A DNA stretch of 64,000 nucleotides. Origin: an uncultured Clostridia bacterium. GTDB lineage: Bacteria; Bacillota; Clostridia; Lachnospirales; UBA5962. Under the pieces are notes generated by a model. That model was not told the origin of the DNA. It saw only the letters and a program-made list of their open reading frames with translations, and made no database searches. How positions within the stretch are numbered: position 1 is the stretch's first letter; every line of letters starts with the position of its first letter. Position numbers and translations under genes: made by a program. The stretch lies in NCBI GenBank assembly GCA_946481295.1, contig CAMLLW010000002.1, positions 33,898-97,897 of the forward strand. Reading direction: 5' to 3'. Shown piece after piece: positions 57,666 to 64,000 of the stretch.

Positions 57666-58589
57666 CTACATAACAATTCTCGTTTTTATATTTTGTACAT
57701 AAGATTCAACTTTTTTTAAATCTCCTATACCACTACTTTCTGCTACATTTGCACCTGTTGCTGATGCAAATTTTAAAGCTTCTTCTAAATTCTTATTATT
57801 ATATAATAATTTACTTAAAAATGCTGCCAAAGCAGAATCTCCTGCACATGTAGAACTAAGTAATTTAATTTTTTGAGCATTTGCAAAATAAATATTGCTA
57901 CCATTATAAAAATATAAACCTTTATCTCCAAGAGTTAAAAGTATATTTTTTGCTCCCTGTTCATTTAAATATTTTAAAACATTTATAATATCTTCTTCAT
58001 TTTTAATTTCTATGCCAAATATATCTTTTATTTCTTCATCATTTGGTTTTATTAAAAAAGGTTTATAAGATAAAAGATCTTTTAATTTACTAGAACTTAT
58101 ATCTAAAATAAATTCTATATTTTTTTTATTACATATTTTTAAGATTTCATCATAATAAGATACATCTATACCTTTTGGTAAACTTCCACTAATACATAAA
58201 TATTCTATATCTTCTAAGTTATCTATTATTTCTAGCATTTCTTTTTGTTTTTCTTTATTAACATAAGAACCTTCACCTGAAATTTTAAATTCATTAAAAG
58301 TATCATTTAAAAATATATTAATTCGTGTATTATCTTCTACAATAACAGGAATTAAATCTATACCATTTTGAGTTAAATCTTCTATCATATGTTTTCCTGA
58401 AAATCCTCCAAAAAAACCTAATGCTTTAGACTTTACTCCATAATGATTAAGCACTAAAGAGAGATTTATACCTTTTCCATTAGAAGAATAGGTTGTTTCA
58501 TATGACCTATTTACTATTTTTGATTCCATTTTTTTATTAAGTTTTAAATACATATCTATTGAAGGATTTGTTGTAAGTGTGTATATCAT
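57666..58589 (-). CDS. PfkB-family 1-phosphofructokinase paralog, translationally coupled to gatB
   Basis: Same length (307 aa) as 55646..56569 and roughly two-thirds identical to it by eye. The ATG overlaps the gatB TGA (ATGA at 58586..58589). Confidence 0.85.
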   Translation of the reverse strand: MIYTLTTNPSIDMYLKLNKKMESKIVNRSYETTYSSNGKGINLSLVLNHYGVKSKALGFFGGFSGKHMIEDLTQNGIDLIPVIVEDNTRINIFLNDTFNEFKISGEGSYVNKEKQKEMLEIIDNLEDIEYLCISGSLPKGIDVSYYDEILKICNKKNIEFILDISSSKLKDLLSYKPFLIKPNDEEIKDIFGIEIKNEEDIINVLKYLNEQGAKNILLTLGDKGLYFYNGSNIYFANAQKIKLLSSTCAGDSALAAFLSKLLYNNKNLEEALKFASATGANVAESSGIGDLKKVESYVQNIKTRIVM

Positions 58590-60016
58590 ATTATTGTCTC
58601 TCCTTTGTTATCTTTTAATTCTTCTTCTAATATGTTTTTTAATATTTTAGAATTAAGCTTCTTATTAGTTTTTTTATTACATTCTCCCATAAAAAAACCA
58701 AAAATTTTATTATTACCACTAGAATACTGATTTTTTGCATTTAAATTTTCATTTAATACAGATAATACTATTTGTCTAATTTCATCTTCATTACTTGAAA
58801 TAAAATAATTATTATTTTTAAATATATCATCTAAAGAAATTTTTTCATTATACATATAAAATAATATATCTGATAAATCTGATTTTTTTATATTTTCATT
58901 TTCTACTAATTTTATTAAATTTATAAAATCATCAATATTTATCTCTAATTTTTCTATATTGTTATTAACATACTTAAGTAAGTAATTAATTATTACATTT
59001 GAAATTAATTTTGGATTAGCATATTTTTCTAAACAATCATCAAAAAATATACTAACCGCTTTATTATTTATGAGTATATCTGCATACTTAGAATTTATAT
59101 TATATTTTTCTATATAAAAGTTCTTTTTTTCTTTTGGCATAATAGGAATTTCTTTTTTTATCTTATTTATATAAATTTCTTCTAATATTATAGGATTTAA
59201 ATTATAATCTTTTATATATCTATAACCTAAAGCATTTTCTTTATTTCTAAGAGAATATGTTTTTCCTGTCTTTTCATTAAAACCTCTTGTTTCTTGTATA
59301 ACAGATTCTCCTAAAAATAAAACTTGAGATTGCCTTTCTACTTCAGCATCTATTGCTTTAAGTAATGACTTTATAGAGCTTAAATTTTTTATTTCTGCTC
59401 TTGTACCTAAAATTTTAGAATTTTTTTCTTTTAAAGATATATTTAGATCTACTCTAAAAGATCCTTCCTCTAATTTTCCATTACAAATATCAGCATACTT
59501 AAACATTAAAATTAAGTTTTCTACAAATTCTTTAGCTAATTCTTTTGAATATATACAAGGCTCTGTTACAATTTCTATTAATGGCACTCCAGCTCTATTA
59601 AAATCAACTTTATTTTCATTTGAATTTATAATAGTTTTTGCTGCATCTTCTTCTATATGTATCCTATTTATATATACAGTACCATTATCTAATTCTAAAT
59701 ATCCATTTTCACAAATGGGATTTTTCATTTGGGTAATTTGAAAACCCTTTGGCAAATCCCTGTAAAAATAGCTTTTCCTATCGAAGTCAGAATAATTATT
59801 TATAATGCAATTTAAAATACTACCTGCTTTTATTGCTAAATCTATAGCATCCTCATTAACTTTAGGTAAAGCACCTGGATATCCTAAACAAATAGGACAA
59901 ATTTGAGAATTCTCTTTTGCTCCAAATTTTGTACTACAACTACAAAATAATTTTTCTTCTGTTTGTAATTCTGCATGTATCTCCAAGCCTATAACCATTT
60001 CTAAATTTTCATCCAT
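58586..60016 (-). CDS. gatB: Asp-tRNA(Asn)/Glu-tRNA(Gln) amidotransferase subunit B
   Basis: VIGLEIHAEL, C-x-C...C-x-x-C cluster (FCSCSTKF..CPICLGYPG), 476 aa. Confidence 0.95.
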   Translation of the reverse strand: MDENLEMVIGLEIHAELQTEEKLFCSCSTKFGAKENSQICPICLGYPGALPKVNEDAIDLAIKAGSILNCIINNYSDFDRKSYFYRDLPKGFQITQMKNPICENGYLELDNGTVYINRIHIEEDAAKTIINSNENKVDFNRAGVPLIEIVTEPCIYSKELAKEFVENLILMFKYADICNGKLEEGSFRVDLNISLKEKNSKILGTRAEIKNLSSIKSLLKAIDAEVERQSQVLFLGESVIQETRGFNEKTGKTYSLRNKENALGYRYIKDYNLNPIILEEIYINKIKKEIPIMPKEKKNFYIEKYNINSKYADILINNKAVSIFFDDCLEKYANPKLISNVIINYLLKYVNNNIEKLEINIDDFINLIKLVENENIKKSDLSDILFYMYNEKISLDDIFKNNNYFISSNEDEIRQIVLSVLNENLNAKNQYSSGNNKIFGFFMGECNKKTNKKLNSKILKNILEEELKDNKGETII

Positions 60017-60068
60017 ATTAAAACTCCCTAAATAGAAATGTACTGTCTTATATACTTATTTATATAAT

Positions 60069-61499
60069 TTAAGCATATATTGTAGGCTTTATTTTTTGCA
60101 TAGTTTTTTCAAAAATATTTGCAATACCTAATAGCTTTGCTTCTTGAAAATAGTTTCCTATAAAGCAAACTCCAATAGGCATTCCATCTTTATTATAACC
60201 ACAAGGTATTGATAATTGTGGTAATCCTGCTAAACATGCTCCTACAGTACAATTATCTGTATTATTAACAAAATTATTATTTATCTTAAAAGCTGTACAA
60301 TTAGTAGTAGGATTTATTAAAATATCACATTTAGATAACATTTCATTATATTGTTTTTTTACTACATTTCTAAATTCTGAAAAATTATTATAATATCCTT
60401 TTTCTAATACATACATACCTATTAAAATTCTTTTTTTAACTTCATCACCAAATGCTTCTGTACGATTATAAGCTACATTTTCATCCCAGTTTTCTGAAAT
60501 TTCTTTAAATTTGTAACCAAATTTTGTTCCATCATATTTACTTAGATTAGTAACTCCTTGAGGATTAGCATACCCTGCATATATATCATTACAGTAACGT
60601 ATAATAGGCATACTAAATTCTTCTATTATTGCACCATTACTTTTATAAAAGTCTAAAACACTTTCTACACTTTTTTTAACTTCTTGATTTATATCATCTT
60701 CTAAAAGATCTTTTATAACACCTATTTTTAATCCTTTTATATTTATTGGTTTATCAATATACTCTAAAAAATCTATTTTTGATAATTTAGACATAGTTTC
60801 ATCTTTACTATCATATTCTGATAAAACAGATAATAATAATCCTATATCATAAGTATTATTAGTAATTATACCTAATTGGTCTAAAGAATCTGCATATGGT
60901 ATAATTCCATATCTAGAAATCAATCCATAAGTTGGTTTTATTCCAACTACTCCACAAAAAGCTGCTGGTTGAGTAATAGAACCTCCTGTATCACTTCCTA
61001 AAGAAGCAACACATAAATTTGCGGACACTGCAGATGCGCTTCCACCAGAAGAACCACCTGGTACACATTCTAAATTATAAGGATTTTTTGTAGACTTAAA
61101 ATAAGAAGTTTGAGTAGTACCACCCATTGCAAATTCATCCATATTAAGTTTACCAAGCATTATAAAATTTTGCTTTTCCATTAAGTCTATAACATGCGCA
61201 TTGTAATTAGGAGTAAAATTTTCTAACATTTTAGATCCACATGTTGTTTTTAAATTTTTAGTACAGATATTATCTTTTATACCAATAGGTATGCCTGTTA
61301 ATACTTTAGAATCTTTACTATTTATAGCAACTTGAGCTAATTCTGCTTGTTTTAAAACATTATCTCTATCTATATCTAAATAACAACCTAATTTTTCATC
61401 GTATTTATCTATATTATCTAAATAATTTATAGCTAATTCTTTTGTACTTATTTCTTTTTTATCTAACATTTTTCTTAAATTATAAATACTATTATCCAT
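60069..61499 (-). CDS. gatA: Asp-tRNA(Asn)/Glu-tRNA(Gln) amidotransferase subunit A
   Basis: Amidase signature GGSSGGSASAV...GSDTGGSI, 476 aa. Confidence 0.95.
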   Translation of the reverse strand: MDNSIYNLRKMLDKKEISTKELAINYLDNIDKYDEKLGCYLDIDRDNVLKQAELAQVAINSKDSKVLTGIPIGIKDNICTKNLKTTCGSKMLENFTPNYNAHVIDLMEKQNFIMLGKLNMDEFAMGGTTQTSYFKSTKNPYNLECVPGGSSGGSASAVSANLCVASLGSDTGGSITQPAAFCGVVGIKPTYGLISRYGIIPYADSLDQLGIITNNTYDIGLLLSVLSEYDSKDETMSKLSKIDFLEYIDKPINIKGLKIGVIKDLLEDDINQEVKKSVESVLDFYKSNGAIIEEFSMPIIRYCNDIYAGYANPQGVTNLSKYDGTKFGYKFKEISENWDENVAYNRTEAFGDEVKKRILIGMYVLEKGYYNNFSEFRNVVKKQYNEMLSKCDILINPTTNCTAFKINNNFVNNTDNCTVGACLAGLPQLSIPCGYNKDGMPIGVCFIGNYFQEAKLLGIANIFEKTMQKIKPTIYA

Positions 61500-61533
61500 T
61501 TTAAAATCTCCTTTTTAAGATCAATAATATTGC

Positions 61534-61677
61534 TTAGATATATTTTTCCATTTCTTTATATATCTTTTTTCTTATATCCTCAAAATTTTGTAATTGTTCT
61601 GAGTATTTTATTATATCTTTTTCATCTAGATTTATCATGGCTTTTTTACTTATTTCTAATAGAATTTGCCTCTCCAT
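61534..61677 (-). CDS. gatC: Truncated GatC-like protein (47 aa)
   Basis: Below the ORF-track cutoff. My translation is MERQILLEISKKAMINLDEKDIIKYSEQLQNFEDIRKKIYKEMEKYI*. An AAGGAG RBS lies upstream. The pattern matches the N-terminal helical half of GatC, and the ORF lies immediately upstream of gatA. Confidence 0.6.
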   Translation of the reverse strand: MERQILLEISKKAMINLDEKDIIKYSEQLQNFEDIRKKIYKEMEKYI

Positions 61678-61698
61678 AAATATTTCTCCTTTAATTCT

Positions 61699-63063
61699 TT
61701 ATTCAAATATATTATTTAACAATTGATAAACATTTGATACTCCTATTACTTCAATATCAAAATTATTTTTTACTGTTTCAATATTAGCTTTTGGTAAAAA
61801 ACACTTTTTAAATCCTAATTTAGACGCCTCTTTTACTCTTTTTTCAGCCATAGAAACTGCTCTCATTTCTCCTGTTAATCCAACTTCTCCAAATATAATT
61901 GAATCTTCATTAATTGTTTTATTTTTAAAACTAGAGGCTATGGCAGATATAACAGAAGCATCTAATGAAGGCTCTGCTATTTTCATACCACCAGCTATAT
62001 TTAAATAACTATCGCAATTACCAAGTTGCATACCTACTCTTTTTTCTAAAACTGCTATTAACATAACAACTCTATTATAATCCATACCTGTAGCAGTTCT
62101 ACGTGGCATTCCAAAATTAGTTTGGCTAACTAAAGCTTGTACTTCTGCTAAAATTGGTCTTGTTCCTTCTATTGTACATGTTATTGCTGATCCAGGTACA
62201 CCTATAGGTCTACCTGATAGCATATATTTAGATGGATTTGTAATTTCTAATAATCCCTTTTCAGTCATTTCAAAAACACCAATTTCATTTGTAGATCCAA
62301 ATCTATTTTTTACAGCTCTAATAATTTTATAATTTACATGATTTTCACCTTCAAAATATAAAACTGTATCTACCATATGTTCTAACAATTTAGGACCTGC
62401 TATGTTACCATCTTTTGTTACATGGCCTACTATTACTATTGGTATATTTAATCCTTTACTAATATTCATAAAAACATTTGTGCTTTCCCTTATTTGTGAA
62501 ATACTACCGAATACCGAATTAACTTCAGGGTTATATATAGTTTGAATCGAATCTATAACAACTAAGTCAGGAAGAATATTTTTAATATTTTCTTGTATTA
62601 TTCCTAAATTTGTTTCAGAAAGTAACATTAAATTTTGAGTGTTTACATTTAATCTATCTGCTCTTGACTTTATTTGTATTACAGATTCTTCACCAGAAAT
62701 ATATAATACTTTTTTATTTTGTAAGCCAATATTTTGAGATACTTGTAAAATAAGTGTAGATTTTCCTATACCAGGTTGACCACCTAATAATATTAAAGAA
62801 CCTTCTACTATACCACCACTTAAAACTCTATCAAGTTCTTGTATATTAGTACTAATTCTTTGTTCACTTGTGTAAACAATCTCTTTTAATGTTATAACTT
62901 TATTATTATTAATATTTGTTGTAAAAAGTGATTTATCTTTTTTTAATTCAACAACATCTTCTTGTAAAGAATTAAATTTCCCACAGACAGGACATTTACC
63001 CATCCACTTTCCTGTTTCATAACCACATTCTACACAAGTATAAATTAATTTTTGTTTAGACAT
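61699..63063 (-). CDS. radA: DNA repair protein RadA
   Basis: Zn finger CVECGYETGKWMGKCPVCG, Walker A GGQPGIGKST, KNRFG, Lon-like C-terminus. The start is taken at ATG 63063. Confidence 0.95.
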   Translation of the reverse strand: MSKQKLIYTCVECGYETGKWMGKCPVCGKFNSLQEDVVELKKDKSLFTTNINNNKVITLKEIVYTSEQRISTNIQELDRVLSGGIVEGSLILLGGQPGIGKSTLILQVSQNIGLQNKKVLYISGEESVIQIKSRADRLNVNTQNLMLLSETNLGIIQENIKNILPDLVVIDSIQTIYNPEVNSVFGSISQIRESTNVFMNISKGLNIPIVIVGHVTKDGNIAGPKLLEHMVDTVLYFEGENHVNYKIIRAVKNRFGSTNEIGVFEMTEKGLLEITNPSKYMLSGRPIGVPGSAITCTIEGTRPILAEVQALVSQTNFGMPRRTATGMDYNRVVMLIAVLEKRVGMQLGNCDSYLNIAGGMKIAEPSLDASVISAIASSFKNKTINEDSIIFGEVGLTGEMRAVSMAEKRVKEASKLGFKKCFLPKANIETVKNNFDIEVIGVSNVYQLLNNIFE

Positions 63064-63348
63064 AAAAAACTCCTTTGTATACATAAAGTTATAAATATCT
63101 TTATATAAATATACTAATATATTTAAATCTTTACTATAAATTATTATTATATAATAAATAAAATGTACGAATTATGTATTATAATAACTTAAAATAAAAA
63201 TTATTAATACATAGTTAATAAATTTAAGAAGTGATATAGAATAAAATATATAGATTTAATTATAACACATAGTAAATTTAATTTATACAAAAAAAATGAG
63301 AAAATATTATTTAATATAAGTATTACTATAAAAAATTTACATTGTAAT

Positions 63349-63378
63349 AAAAAAACCCCAAAAACAATTTTTTTGAGG
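63349..63378 (-). terminator. Intrinsic terminator after rpsI
   Basis: The minus strand reads CCTCAAAAA-AATTG-TTTTTGGGG followed by TTTTTTT. Confidence 0.55.
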
Positions 63379-63395
63379 TTGAACAGATAATGAAA

Positions 63396-63788
63396 TTATC
63401 TTTTTGAAAATTGAGGAGCTCTTCTTGCACCTTTTAAACCATATTTCTTTCTTTCCTTCATACGAGGATCACGAGTTAAGAAACCTGCTTTTTTAAGATG
63501 TGGTCTAAAATCTGAATCTGCTTGTAATAAAGCACGTGAAATACCGTGACGTATAGCACCAGCTTGACCAGTATAACCTCCACCAAAAACATTAACTTTA
63601 ACATCAAATTTATCTAATGTATTAGTTAATTCTAAAGGTTGTCTTATGATAAGTTTTAAAGTATCAAGACCAAAATAATCATCAATGTCTCTTTTATTTA
63701 TAGTTATTTTACCATTACCAGGCATTAAATAAACTCTAGCAACAGAACTTTTTCTTCTACCTGTACCATAATATCTAGCTAAATTCAC
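63396..63788 (-). CDS. rpsI: 30S ribosomal protein S9
   Basis: [33 protein letters not shown], ends KR. The start is taken at GTG 63788 after GGAGGA. Confidence 0.95.
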   Translation of the reverse strand: MNLARYYGTGRRKSSVARVYLMPGNGKITINKRDIDDYFGLDTLKLIIRQPLELTNTLDKFDVKVNVFGGGYTGQAGAIRHGISRALLQADSDFRPHLKKAGFLTRDPRMKERKKYGLKGARRAPQFSKR

Positions 63789-63809
63789 TTTAAGTCCTCC
63801 TTCCACTTA

Positions 63810-64000
63810 TTAATATTTAATTTCTAAAACTTCTGGTTTTTGTGCTTCATGATCATGTTCTGAACCATTATAAACACGAAGTTTTTTAAGCATTTCTCTA
63901 CCTAAAGCTTTTTTAGGAAGCATACCTTTTACTGCATGAGTTATAACATATTCAGGTTTCTTTTGTAACATGTCATTTAAAGTAGTTTCTTTAAGTCCGC
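63810..64000 (-). CDS. rplM: 50S ribosomal protein L13 (5' end outside the window)
   Basis: My translation of the C-terminus is ...[39 protein letters not shown]. It lies upstream of rpsI, as in the conserved rplM-rpsI operon. Confidence 0.9.
   Translation of the reverse strand, partial: GLKETTLNDMLQKKPEYVITHAVKGMLPKKALGREMLKKLRVYNGSEHDHEAQKPEVLEIKY

Noticed and set aside
1-64000. Search for defence or accessory systems: restriction-modification, toxin-antitoxin, retron/RT, Cas, Abi and large NTPase/nuclease operons.
   Set aside because: No ORF in the track, and no intergenic region over 150 nt, showed the relevant motifs. The only retroelement-related sequence is the ORF-less intron, and every multi-gene cluster has a conventional metabolic or envelope explanation.

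Overview
This is a very AT-rich, gene-dense chromosomal segment with about 60 CDS, mostly on the minus strand. It comes from an endospore-forming Firmicute that looks like Clostridia (spoIIAA-spoIIAB-sigF operon, cwlD). The content is almost entirely core or housekeeping. In window order it holds: yacP-rlmB-mrnC-cysS-ispF; a GH1 glycosidase; the spoIIA operon; a secreted nucleotidase; recU; two Cof phosphatases; an orphan OmpR-type regulator; an SDR plus three tandem nitroreductase paralogs; a preQ1-riboswitch-like leader with queT; and a TetR-linked RND efflux pair. It continues with ahpC plus a domain-permuted AhpF-like reductase, a tandemly duplicated tRNA Asp-Val-Leu block, and a large cell-envelope glycopolymer locus (NAGPA-domain exoprotein, LtaS-like, GT4::CsaB fusion, O-antigen-ligase-like, two DUF4330-like, GT4, MurJ-like, YitT, TagA). 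The rest is a DEAD-box helicase, cwlD, a PAP2 phosphatase, a Ca-type P-ATPase, rdgB, hpf, a ketose PTS/kinase/aldolase locus with an RpiR regulator, gatCAB, radA and rpsI/rplM. I see no CRISPR array, transposase, integrase, prophage or recognisable defence island. The stand-out observation is an 851-nt ORF-less group II intron (1199..2049, minus strand) that interrupts rlmB. Its removal restores the reading frame exactly. Secondary observations are a preQ1-I-like aptamer placed between a nitroreductase stop codon and a terminator that is itself duplicated, a 1-nt insertion in one copy of a duplicated tRNA-Val, a 47-aa truncated GatC, a PfkB kinase translationally coupled to gatB, and unusual domain fusions or permutations (GT4::CsaB, TrxR-like::AhpF-NTD). 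All product calls rest on motifs I recognise in the supplied translations. No database search was possible.
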